NCBI GenBank assembly: GCA_041648175.1
Contig: JBAZPO010000005.1
Location: forward strand, 101,724 to 165,723
DNA: 64,000 nt
From: Desulfobaccales bacterium
GTDB lineage: Bacteria > Desulfobacterota > Desulfobaccia > Desulfobaccales > 0-14-0-80-60-11
Direction: 5' to 3'
The position numbers were made by a program, and so were the translations under genes. Below the pieces are notes generated by a model. It saw nothing but the letters and a program-made list of their open reading frames with translations. It ran no database searches and was not told the DNA's origin. This document shows positions 1 through 8,055 of the stretch, piece after piece (position 1 is the stretch's first letter; each line of letters begins with the position of its first letter).

Positions 1-295
1 CTCCCATGAAGTCATTGCTCCAGATGGGCGGCCCGACGGAGCGATCCACCGTCCAGTCCCAGTAGGGGATGCTCACAGTTGGGTCGACACTTTGCAAATC
101 GAGTTCAAGCTGTAGCAGAAACTCGCGATGCCAGGGTAGAAAAATCGGATTGTTATGGATTCCCAACTGAAATAAGTCTCGATGTTGAAGTACATATTGG
201 TCATATCTGCCGTTGGCTTTTACTTGCAGAAGCGCGGCTACAAAGCGGGCCTTTTCGTCAGCGGTTAAAGTTGACGCATTTTTTCTCACGCCCAT
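1..295 (-). CDS. Tyrosinase-family (type-3 copper) protein, N-terminal part; gene runs off the left edge of the window
   Basis: Not in the ORF track (no stop inside window). Own translation of minus strand from ATG 295..293: MGVRKNASTLTADEKARFVAALLQVKANGRYDQYVLQHRDLFQLGIHNNPIFLPWHREFLLQLELDLQSVDPTVSIPYWDWTVD... FLPWHR and PYWDW are tyrosinase CuA-region signatures. AAGGAGG Shine-Dalgarno (complement of 301..307) lies 5 nt upstream. Confidence 0.75.
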   Translation of the reverse strand, partial: MGVRKNASTLTADEKARFVAALLQVKANGRYDQYVLQHRDLFQLGIHNNPIFLPWHREFLLQLELDLQSVDPTVSIPYWDWTVDRSVGPPIWSNDFMG

Positions 296-364
296 GACAC
301 CCTCCTTGGCAGGTCGTTGTCGGTTTATACGCTACGACTCTCTTCTTTCCAAGCGGAGGTATGG

Positions 365-796
365 CTAGCGGATCTTCCGCTCGCGAATCTGCTCCACCGC
401 AATACTTTCGACTCCACCACCATTTCTTCCTGCGGTGTAAACCGCGGTCACGTCGAGACTGAAGGTGCTCTCAATGACCAGAAAGCCCTCAGTTCCGTGG
501 ATGAACGGTCCGAAGTCCCGCTGTATTTGGTCGCAATCCACCCTCGCGGCTTCATCAGGTTTCAACCGATCTTCAATGAATTTGGAAATACCGAGTCCGG
601 GTTGGGTGATCTTCTTTCGCCACTTGACCGTCTGGTCGTTGGGGTTATGGATGTTGACCGCTGTCTGATAAGTCCCAGGAAGGACAGAGGTGGTAGTCTG
701 GCTGGTTCCTGGAATATTTGCCGTGCAGAGAAATTTCGCTGCGTACTGGAAGCGGTACTCCTCGCCTTCTTTCGTTTCACTTTTCTCTCGATTCAT
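365..796 (-). CDS. Hypothetical protein, 143 aa, no signal peptide, no motif I can assign
   Basis: Longest ORF at the locus. AAGGAGGAAGG SD-like sequence sits directly upstream of ATG 796. Co-directional with the tyrosinase start, 69 nt upstream of it. Motifs YAAKFLC and NIHNPN noted, but I cannot place the family. Confidence 0.6.
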   Translation of the reverse strand: MNREKSETKEGEEYRFQYAAKFLCTANIPGTSQTTTSVLPGTYQTAVNIHNPNDQTVKWRKKITQPGLGISKFIEDRLKPDEAARVDCDQIQRDFGPFIHGTEGFLVIESTFSLDVTAVYTAGRNGGGVESIAVEQIRERKIR

Positions 797-893
797 TATC
801 CTTCCTCCTTTTGAGTCAGGGGACTAGCTATCGATCCTCTTAGCTCCACCCTCCCCACCTGCAACCTGGCTGGATGCGGCGCCAACGCTCGGC

Positions 894-3326
894 TCATCCC
901 GGGCGCTGGAAAACCAGCACGCTGTTAGCCGGCACCCGCACGGTGAATACGCCACCGGCAGAAGGGATCAATCCCTGATTAGCCAAGCCACTGCCACCAT
1001 AAGCCGTAGCATCGCTGTTGAAGATTTCCCGCCACTGCCCATCGGCGATGCGAACGTTTTGAATGACGTAGCCGTCGGCAAAGGCGTTATTGTTCAGGCT
1101 GGCCACAATCAGAAGTTCTTCACTCCCTTCCCCGCGCCGGAAGGCGAGCAGGCGGTTGGCATCGTGGGTGTGAAGGAGGTCGAGGTTAGGTGACCGCAGG
1201 TGAGGCTGGGCGAGACGCAGGCGAATGAGGTCCTGGTAAAACCGGAACAGATTGGCGCCGGGCCCCCGGCGCAGGGCGTAATAATCCTCCCGGGCATTGA
1301 TGAAATCGGCATACCGGTAAGGCCGGGAGGCGCCCACCTCTTCGCCCATGAAGAACATGGGGATGCCGGGTCCCAGCAAGGTCATGCCTGCGGCAAAGTG
1401 CACCCGCGCCTCCGCGAAGCGCCGGGTTTGGTCTATCAGGGGTGCACCATTAACTGCGACCATTATAGTTCGGCCTGAAGGGACCTGTTCCTCTCCTTCT
1501 TGATAATTAGAGTTTCCGGCCTCGTCATGGGACTCGTGGTAGATGACCTTGCCATTGACGCTGTGCTCCAGGGTATCGGCAAACCGTGTGATGGCAAGAG
1601 GCCGGTCGTCGCCATACCCGGCCATCTTGAGGAGCCTGGCGCGGCTCGGGTCCCTTTGCGCGTCGCCGATCAGATGGTGGTAAAAATCGGCATACCAGGT
1701 GGCGTCGAAACCAAGGCCATTTCGATCGGTAGGCTCAGTTACCGCGCTCCAGCCGGAATGGTCTTCGGCGATTAGAAAGACATTGGGCTTGATCAGCTTA
1801 AGAGTGCGGGCCCATTCCCGCAGAAACTTCTGACCAAACATACAGGCATCGTTGACTGGACGACCATCCGCATGCACTACTGCATCGCGATGAATTGCTG
1901 TGGTGAGATCAACCCGGAAGCCGTCGAAATGGAATTCGCTGACCAGGGCGGCGGCGCTGCTGGTGAACATCTTACGCACCATTTCCTCCCAGAAGCGGGG
2001 CGCAAACCCGCTTGAGCCATTGTCGATGTAGCCGCCGTCCGGGTTGGCATAGTCGTCGGCCCGACCCTCATACCAATAGTAAATGTTATTCTCAGGGGTG
2101 TTGGAATCGTAAGCCCATTCGGCCCGTTCGGAATCAAAGGTATAGTGGTTGTAGACCACGTCCAGGATGACGGCGATACCGCGGCGGTGGCATTCCCGCA
2201 CAAAGTGCTTGAATTGATCACGGCCGCCGCCGGAATATTCGACGGCAAAATAATGGGAGGTGCTGTAACCCCACCCCGTCCAGTCCTGAAACTCCGCCAT
2301 CGGCATCAATCCGATGGCGTTGACTCCCAGATCGACCAGATAATCCAGCAGCCGCATGGCATCTTCAAGAGTGCCGTCGGGAGCGCCGCGGTCCAACCCC
2401 AGGCCGTCGACGTGGAGTTCGTAAATTACCAGATCCTCGAAGCGGGCGGGCATTGGGCGGTTGGGAGTGAACTCATTCCGCCAGAACTCATCCGCGGCCA
2501 GCCATTGGGTCTCGGGCCAGACACCCTCGTTGAACAACGCCGTTACCCGCTCAGGGTCGACCACCACCGAGCAGCTCTTGGAGCCGTCCAGGTCCTGGCG
2601 GCGGCCACTCCAGGCGGGGTCTCTTTCCGGGTTGACGCCGCCGCTGCCGATCTGGCAGCGGGAATAGAGATCCGTACGATAAGCGACGGAGCCGTCATCT
2701 TTGGTAATGCGGAACATGTAAGGCGTGTGATCGAAATCCCTGAAACGGGACAGTTCAGGCGAACCGGTTAGAGTGGTCGTCCAGATACCTGCTTCGCCGC
2801 GCTGCATGGGCAGGGTGGCGGTGACGCGCCGTCCATCGTTGTAAATATAGCCGCCCACCGGTTCACCGCGCACCAGTTCAACGTTACGCGCATTTGGAGC
2901 CCATACCGAGAATTGGATTGCGGGCGTTATATTGCGGTTCACCAACAGCTTGTTGGCTCCCAATCTCCGGCAATGAGTAAAAAAATATCTCTCAACCTGG
3001 CCTGCGCCGCGCAGGCTGAAGGTGCGGTAACGCTCGGTAACTCCGGGGTCATTAACCTCGGTTGGGATACCCCAGACGTTGGGCTGCGACGCGGTATCCA
3101 CAGACAGACCCCACCGGAACTCCTGACCGATTTGGCTATCGTCCAGGTTGACTGTGGCCCGGAAAGCCGGACAACCGTCTTCTGCGGTAAAGGCCATCAT
3201 GGGCGTCTCGGTCCACTGCTCGGACCTGAGGCCCTGCACGTTCCAGTTTCCGGTCAAACGGGCGTTGACCAGGATTGGTTGACGCAGTCCTGTCAAATAC
3301 TCGAAATTTACCGGAATTAACGCCAT
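894..3326 (-). CDS. GH13 alpha-amylase-family enzyme, glucan branching-enzyme-like, with N-terminal E-set/CBM48-like domain
   Basis: GH13 conserved regions present: AVILDVVYNHY, FDGFRVDLTTAIH, FLIAEDHSGW, YHESHDEAGN. SVWAPNARNVELV is CBM48-like. Track ORF extends to 3362, but ATG 3326 (MALIPVNFEY) has a GAGAGGA SD, so I prefer that start. Confidence 0.85.
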   Translation of the reverse strand: MALIPVNFEYLTGLRQPILVNARLTGNWNVQGLRSEQWTETPMMAFTAEDGCPAFRATVNLDDSQIGQEFRWGLSVDTASQPNVWGIPTEVNDPGVTERYRTFSLRGAGQVERYFFTHCRRLGANKLLVNRNITPAIQFSVWAPNARNVELVRGEPVGGYIYNDGRRVTATLPMQRGEAGIWTTTLTGSPELSRFRDFDHTPYMFRITKDDGSVAYRTDLYSRCQIGSGGVNPERDPAWSGRRQDLDGSKSCSVVVDPERVTALFNEGVWPETQWLAADEFWRNEFTPNRPMPARFEDLVIYELHVDGLGLDRGAPDGTLEDAMRLLDYLVDLGVNAIGLMPMAEFQDWTGWGYSTSHYFAVEYSGGGRDQFKHFVRECHRRGIAVILDVVYNHYTFDSERAEWAYDSNTPENNIYYWYEGRADDYANPDGGYIDNGSSGFAPRFWEEMVRKMFTSSAAALVSEFHFDGFRVDLTTAIHRDAVVHADGRPVNDACMFGQKFLREWARTLKLIKPNVFLIAEDHSGWSAVTEPTDRNGLGFDATWYADFYHHLIGDAQRDPSRARLLKMAGYGDDRPLAITRFADTLEHSVNGKVIYHESHDEAGNSNYQEGEEQVPSGRTIMVAVNGAPLIDQTRRFAEARVHFAAGMTLLGPGIPMFFMGEEVGASRPYRYADFINAREDYYALRRGPGANLFRFYQDLIRLRLAQPHLRSPNLDLLHTHDANRLLAFRRGEGSEELLIVASLNNNAFADGYVIQNVRIADGQWREIFNSDATAYGGSGLANQGLIPSAGGVFTVRVPANSVLVFQRPG

Positions 3327-3374
3327 GGGGATATCCTCTCCGAAATCTCTAATGTGGGACACCGCCCACCTGGA

Positions 3375-3450
3375 AATGTAGCGCCGCCGCCCTCGGCGGC
3401 ATCAGGTAGCCGCCCACCAAACCTTGAACTTTGAACCTTGAACTTTTCAA
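3375..3450 (-). repeat. Partial copy of repeat family A (GTTCAAGGTTCAAAGTTCAAGGTT head plus GC-rich hairpin)
   Basis: Minus strand reads aaagttcaaggttcaaagttcaaggtttggtgggcgg...gccgccgagggcggcggc. The head matches the copies at 35577 and 56211. It overlaps the last codons of the VOC gene. Confidence 0.6.
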
Positions 3451-3869
3451 ACCGGCGGGGGGTTTTCCTGATCGACAAACCCCTGGGTCACCTGGACAAC
3501 GTTGCCCTCAGGATCGGCAAGCCAGACACTCTTCCAACCGGGAATAAAACCACCGAAATCCAGAGGGCCAAAGGCGATGCGCGCATCCGGGCCCATGGCC
3601 GCGAGCTGGGCAGAGATGCTGTCCACCAGGAACGAAATGCCGCGCACTCCGGGATATAATGGGCCATCAGCGCCGATGTCAGGCGAGGCGGGCCGTTCAC
3701 CCTGGGCCGGAAAGAGCTCAAAATAGATATTGGGGCCTTTGAGAAACACAATCTGCCGGTTGTCCGGCAACTGGACGACCCGGGCCCGCTTGAAGCCGAA
3801 GTGCCTGGTATAGAACCTTTCCAGGGCGATAGGGTCACGGCAGTTTAGCGAAATATGATGGAAAGTCAT
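3447..3869 (-). CDS. VOC / glyoxalase-bleomycin-resistance-dioxygenase superfamily protein
   Basis: MTFHHISLNCRDPIALERFYTRHFGF is the typical VOC N-terminal beta-alpha-beta-beta-beta module. GGAGGAGG SD upstream. Confidence 0.8.
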   Translation of the reverse strand: MTFHHISLNCRDPIALERFYTRHFGFKRARVVQLPDNRQIVFLKGPNIYFELFPAQGERPASPDIGADGPLYPGVRGISFLVDSISAQLAAMGPDARIAFGPLDFGGFIPGWKSVWLADPEGNVVQVTQGFVDQENPPPV

Positions 3870-3931
3870 AGAGTTATCCTCCTCCCCAGATCACGTCCAC
3901 AGCGCGACTTTAGCTCACGGCGGAAATCGTT

Positions 3932-5470
3932 CTAGAGCCCATAGCTGGCTTTGAGCAGGTCGGCGCATTTTTCGGCGATCATCAAAATGCCGGCGTTACA
4001 ATTTCCGGACGGGACCACGGGCATCACGCTGGCATCCGCCACCCGCAGCCTATCCAGATTGTGCACCCTCAAGTGGGGGTCGACGACCGCCATATCATCC
4101 ACCCCCATTTTGCAGGAGCCGGCTTGATGATGGTAAGAGTCGGCCCGCTGTCGCACAAATGCGTTCAATTGCTCATCGGTGGCCACCCCCGGCCCCGGCA
4201 GGAGCTCGGCGGCAGACCAGGCGGAGAAGGCCTTGGTGGCAAAGATTGACCGGGCCACCTTCACCGCGTCCACCAATCGCTGCAGGTCAGCCTCGGTGGC
4301 CAGGTAATTCGGATTCACCAGAGGCTTGGCCAGAGGATCGCTGCCGGCTAGCCGAACCCAGCCCCGCGAGGTGGGACGGACCACCCCGGGCAGAATGCTG
4401 ACGGCGTTGGGGTTGGTTTGCCCGATGATGACGTCGAAGGGTACGTGGACAAAGGCGATTTGGACGTCAGGGCCGCTTATGGCCGGGTCCGACTTATAGA
4501 ACAGTGCGGCCTCCGACAGGTTCAGATTGCCAGGGGGTACCGGTTTCGAGGTCCCCTGGATCACTCCGGTCAGAACATGGTTATGGAAGTTCTCGCCAAC
4601 CCCGGGCAAAGCCACCAGAAAGGGGATACCAAACTCGGCCAGCGAGACCGGATTGCCGATCCCAGAGAGGAGCAGGAGTTTGGGAGATTCGATGGCGCCC
4701 GCACAGACGATGGTTTCATGTTCGGCCCGGGCGGTCTGCTTGATGCCATTCTGAACGTATTCGACGCCGGCGCAGCGGCGTCCCTCGAATATCAAGCGGG
4801 TAGCCTGGGAGTTTGCCGACAGGGTGACATTGGGCCTTGGCAGCGCGGGCCACAGGTAGGCCTCCCGGGCGCTGCAGCGCTTACCGTCCCGGATATTGAC
4901 GTGATGCCAGCCTGCCCCCTCCATGTGGGGGCCGTTGAAGTCATCGGTATAGGGGTGACCCAATTCTTTGCAGGCTTCGATGAAAGCCGCCGATGTGGGG
5001 CTGGGATTGTGCAACCCGGCATTGAGCAGCGGTATTGGACCGCCTTTGCCTACCCAGGGGCCGGTGTCGTCCTCCTGATCTTCCAGTTTTTGGAAGTAAG
5101 GCAGCACACTGCGATAATCCCAACCGGCACAACCCTGGGCCGCCCAGTCATCATAGTCCGAAGGATGGCCGCGGATGTGCATCAAGACATACAGATTGCT
5201 GGAGCCTCCCGTCAGCTTACCGCGGGGTTCGTTGGTTTCCCGTCCCGAAAGCCCCGGTTGGGCGACGCTCTTATAGCCCCAATCCACCTCCGAACCGAGC
5301 AAGGTAGGCCACATGGCCGGGATTTCAATACGGTTTTCGAGCTCGGGGGAAATCTCGGACGGGCCTGCTTCCAGCAGCAGCACCTTTACCTTGGGGTTCT
5401 CACTGAGCCGGTTGGCCAACACGCAACCGGCAGAACCAAGCCCCACCACAATGAAGTCGTATGTGCTCAT
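3932..5470 (-). CDS. GMC-family FAD oxidoreductase (choline-dehydrogenase-like)
   Basis: N-terminal YDFIVVGLGSAGCVLANRLSE FAD fold. GGSSNLYVLMHIRG GMC signature 1. C-terminal HQAGSCKMG and VADASVMP active-site region. Confidence 0.9.
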   Translation of the reverse strand: MSTYDFIVVGLGSAGCVLANRLSENPKVKVLLLEAGPSEISPELENRIEIPAMWPTLLGSEVDWGYKSVAQPGLSGRETNEPRGKLTGGSSNLYVLMHIRGHPSDYDDWAAQGCAGWDYRSVLPYFQKLEDQEDDTGPWVGKGGPIPLLNAGLHNPSPTSAAFIEACKELGHPYTDDFNGPHMEGAGWHHVNIRDGKRCSAREAYLWPALPRPNVTLSANSQATRLIFEGRRCAGVEYVQNGIKQTARAEHETIVCAGAIESPKLLLLSGIGNPVSLAEFGIPFLVALPGVGENFHNHVLTGVIQGTSKPVPPGNLNLSEAALFYKSDPAISGPDVQIAFVHVPFDVIIGQTNPNAVSILPGVVRPTSRGWVRLAGSDPLAKPLVNPNYLATEADLQRLVDAVKVARSIFATKAFSAWSAAELLPGPGVATDEQLNAFVRQRADSYHHQAGSCKMGVDDMAVVDPHLRVHNLDRLRVADASVMPVVPSGNCNAGILMIAEKCADLLKASYGL

Positions 5471-5480
5471 GGTTCACCCC

Positions 5481-5900
5481 TCACGCAGGCGGAGCCTTGG
5501 GGTTGGTGGGATCAGCGAAGGAAGCGAAAGCAGTCTCATCGTGGATGGTCCGCATATACTTGATCTTGCCGCCCTCCACGCGAAAATAATTCGCCCCCAC
5601 CACTTCGCGATCCGGGTTATTCTTGTAGGCTATGGGCGTGCCGGCCCGGTTGGCCGCCTGGCACTGCCAGATGACTGCCGCCTCATTGCCTTCAACCACG
5701 ATGTGTTTGGGAATCATCTGAAACTTGCTGTAGCCGTAACTGATGGCGCCGATGGCCCCTTTGAGCACGTCGATCCCTTCGAAGTGGCCGGCCAACTGCT
5801 CATCGCCGGAGACGTCGTCCGTGAACAGGGTCAGCCAGTCATTCCAAGCGCTGCGATTGACGCAGTCATAGTATTTCTCGATCACTTCTTTGGTGGTCAT
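5481..5900 (-). CDS. NTF2-like / SnoaL-like small protein
   Basis: 139 aa. Opens with TTKEVIEKYYDCVNRSAWNDWLTLFTDDV and ends in a beta-rich C-terminus, as in SnoaL/ketosteroid-isomerase-like folds. Assigned by pattern only. Confidence 0.65.
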   Translation of the reverse strand: MTTKEVIEKYYDCVNRSAWNDWLTLFTDDVSGDEQLAGHFEGIDVLKGAIGAISYGYSKFQMIPKHIVVEGNEAAVIWQCQAANRAGTPIAYKNNPDREVVGANYFRVEGGKIKYMRTIHDETAFASFADPTNPKAPPA

Positions 5901-5982
5901 CGTTATCTCCTTGGGGGTTCAACCTCCTAACCATGACCGCACACTGTCCCGGTGGCCATAGCCAATCCCGTCAGCCATGCGA

Positions 5983-6276
5983 CTACGCCGCGGGCCCTCG
6001 AGGCCTGCGCCGGGGCACGTTATAGGCAGCGGAGAAAGCATCCGCGGCATCTTCGAAGATGGGTACCAAGTCGTTAATCAGGAAGTCGGGGTCGGGCAGC
6101 GGGTGGCCGGCAAGCCCCCAGTATCCCTGCTTCACCTCTTCGATCACCACATAGATGTAAGGCCGGGCGGCTTCCAGGGTCGCGGTGCAAAAGGCATCAG
6201 TCAGCGCTTTAACCAGCGCCCTCTTCTGTTCCTCAGGAAAGAAGTTCTCGATAATTTTGACATTGATGATTGGCAT
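5983..6276 (-). CDS. Tautomerase-superfamily protein (4-oxalocrotonate-tautomerase-like, Pro-1)
   Basis: Starts MPIINVKI, which gives the catalytic N-terminal proline after Met removal. Beta-alpha-beta length matches, with a C-terminal extension. Confidence 0.7.
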   Translation of the reverse strand: MPIINVKIIENFFPEEQKRALVKALTDAFCTATLEAARPYIYVVIEEVKQGYWGLAGHPLPDPDFLINDLVPIFEDAADAFSAAYNVPRRRPRGPAA

Positions 6277-6301
6277 GGCTTCGACCTCTCGTTTTGGTGA
6301 T

Positions 6302-6329
6302 GATCAGCTTTCAGCGATCAGCTTTCAGC
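6302..6329. repeat. Two perfect tandem copies of the 14-mer GATCAGCTTTCAGC
   Basis: Read directly. An inverted relative, gctgaaagctgaaagctgat, lies at 6969..6988. Both sit in intergenic spacers inside the 11-gene cluster. Confidence 0.8.
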
Positions 6330-6454
6330 TTATAAATAAACTAAGCAGCCAAAGACGGTGCGCGGTGCGCACCCTGCACTACTTTCAGTTTTAAGCAGCA
6401 AGTCAGCCGAAGCACCAGGTGAGCCATTATGAATTACTGCTCACTGCTTACTTA

Positions 6455-6859
6455 TCAAGACCAAAAGGCATCGTATTGGGCCGTGCCGTCGCCGAAAATG
6501 GCGCCTCGGCCTTCGATGACTTTGCCGTCCCGCCAGCGCAGATAATGAATTACATTGATGTCCAATTTCCGGTTAACGTCTCCGGCCCGGTTCCCCACGT
6601 TGTGAGTTACGTCGGCGGAGGCATTCTCGCTGGTCATGATCGATTCCCGCTCCATAAAGAAGCTGTTGCCGGACAACCGCCCGACCTCCCCCATGAAGCC
6701 CAAAAAACCATCCAGGCCGCGCTTTAAGCCCGAGAGGGGATTGTGGCCGGGCACGAGCCAGATCATATCGTCTGCCCAGTACTGGCGAATTCTCTCCCTA
6801 TCGCCAGACGCCAGGGCCTCATAAGCCTGTATAACCAGTTCCGGGGTGACCTGTGCCAT
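6455..6859 (-). CDS. NTF2-like / SnoaL-like protein, paralog of 7007..7492
   Basis: Shares the motif W-x-V/L-PG-x-H/N-PLSG-x-K-x-G with the next gene (IWLVPGHNPLSGLKRG versus VWNLPGRHPLSGTKHG). Confidence 0.7.
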   Translation of the reverse strand: MAQVTPELVIQAYEALASGDRERIRQYWADDMIWLVPGHNPLSGLKRGLDGFLGFMGEVGRLSGNSFFMERESIMTSENASADVTHNVGNRAGDVNRKLDINVIHYLRWRDGKVIEGRGAIFGDGTAQYDAFWS

Positions 6860-6968
6860 ATGTCCTCCTTATTTAAGTAGCCATCAGCGGTCAGCTAAAG
6901 CACGGGTGTAGTAAGCGATTTAGAAATCTTGCAATGCTTACTCTTTTCATTGCTTTCATACTGTTTTT

Positions 6969-6988
6969 GCTGAAAGCTGAAAGCTGAT
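6969..6988. repeat. Inverted relative of the GATCAGCTTTCAGC repeat
   Basis: gctgaaagctgaaagctgat is the reverse complement of atcagctttcagctttcagc. Confidence 0.7.
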
Positions 6989-7006
6989 TGGGTGATAGCT
7001 GACCTC

Positions 7007-7492
7007 CTAATCCGCCAGGCGGTCTGGGATCGGTTTATAGCGGTAAACAGCGCAAAAGAAGTTGTCAACCGCGTACTGGTCGCTGATGTAAACTTGCACT
7101 CGGGCGATCCGTCCGTTTTGGATCTGATAATGGGTGCAATTATAGGCGTTAAGAGCGACCTGAGTTTCGTTGCCGGAAGCATCCCGCACCGTCGTTGTGC
7201 CATGCCCGCGATGGACTTCCACCACCGTACTTGCCCCGAAGGTATCCACACCGGTGTTCGGGTCGGCTGCTGGGTCTAATGTGACCTGGATACCTGCCTT
7301 CACCAACTGAGAGAAAAAGGCTAAAACTTCGTCAGCACCGTGCTTGGTGCCCGACAGGGGGTGGCGGCCAGGCAGGTTCCAGACCAGATCCGGCGCAAAA
7401 ATTTCCCGGCGGATGGTCTCCATATCGTTTCTGTTGAAGCACTCGTACATTCTTTGGACCAGGGCCATATTAGGGTTGACCGTGTCTGCCAT
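7007..7492 (-). CDS. NTF2-like / SnoaL-like protein
   Basis: Track ORF starts at 7516. ATG 7492 (MADTVNPNMALVQRMYECF) has a GGAAGGAGGGAAG SD and is preferred. Paralogous to 6455..6859. Confidence 0.7.
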   Translation of the reverse strand: MADTVNPNMALVQRMYECFNRNDMETIRREIFAPDLVWNLPGRHPLSGTKHGADEVLAFFSQLVKAGIQVTLDPAADPNTGVDTFGASTVVEVHRGHGTTTVRDASGNETQVALNAYNCTHYQIQNGRIARVQVYISDQYAVDNFFCAVYRYKPIPDRLAD

Positions 7493-7562
7493 ACTTCCCT
7501 CCTTCCGGTTTCTCAAGGCGCATAACCATGCGCAGATGGTTGGTGATTGATCTCATCGACCG

Positions 7563-8030
7563 CTACAGGGGTATCGACCCCGGCATCGGCCGGAGTTCTT
7601 GGACGACATAGCGCCGGATCACCGGCTGGCCAGATGATGGCGAACGGATCATGTCCCATAGCTGGTAAGCATCAAAGCCGAGCCATTCGCTGCGAGGCGC
7701 CGCCGGACGCCAGCGGCGGGCCTGCCAATTGACCACCACATCGACCACGGCCTTACCTGCCTCCCAGGTGGTGCTGACCCTGGTGACAATGTGCACCTCG
7801 TCAAAGAAGATCCGGATAACCCCTTCATACCAGTTCCGGAAAGCTGCAACTCCGCTGATACTGCCTTCAGGAAACTGCATTTCCAGGCCCTGTTCCGCCA
7901 CCATGGACTGCAACTCCTCCCAAGGGGCATGAATATCAAGTTTGCGGTACCATGCTGCGACAAAGGCCTCGATTTCCGCCTGGGATAAAGGCTCGCCCGA
8001 GATTGCAGTTGATGTTCGCCTCTTAGCCAT
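7563..8030 (-). CDS. NTF2-like small protein (more divergent)
   Basis: 155 aa. AEIEAFVAAWYRKLD...FRNWYEGVIRIFFDEVH follows the helix-then-cone-beta pattern of NTF2-like proteins. Lower certainty than the neighbours. Confidence 0.55.
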   Translation of the reverse strand: MAKRRTSTAISGEPLSQAEIEAFVAAWYRKLDIHAPWEELQSMVAEQGLEMQFPEGSISGVAAFRNWYEGVIRIFFDEVHIVTRVSTTWEAGKAVVDVVVNWQARRWRPAAPRSEWLGFDAYQLWDMIRSPSSGQPVIRRYVVQELRPMPGSIPL

Positions 8031-8055
8031 GTTTCCCTCTTAATGCCGGCTACGG

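Noticed and set aside
4418-5563. Long antisense ORFs opposite real genes. Examples: 4418-5563 (+), 34018-34905 (+), 47889-48839 (-), 44598-45488 (-), 22617-23420 (-), 56339-57145 (-), 41647-42378 (-), 28412-29203 (-), 10714-11475 (+).
   Set aside because: Each lies entirely inside a gene on the other strand that has clear family motifs. Their translations are Arg/Gly/Pro-rich low-complexity sequence, typical of shadow ORFs in GC-rich DNA, with no SD or motif support.
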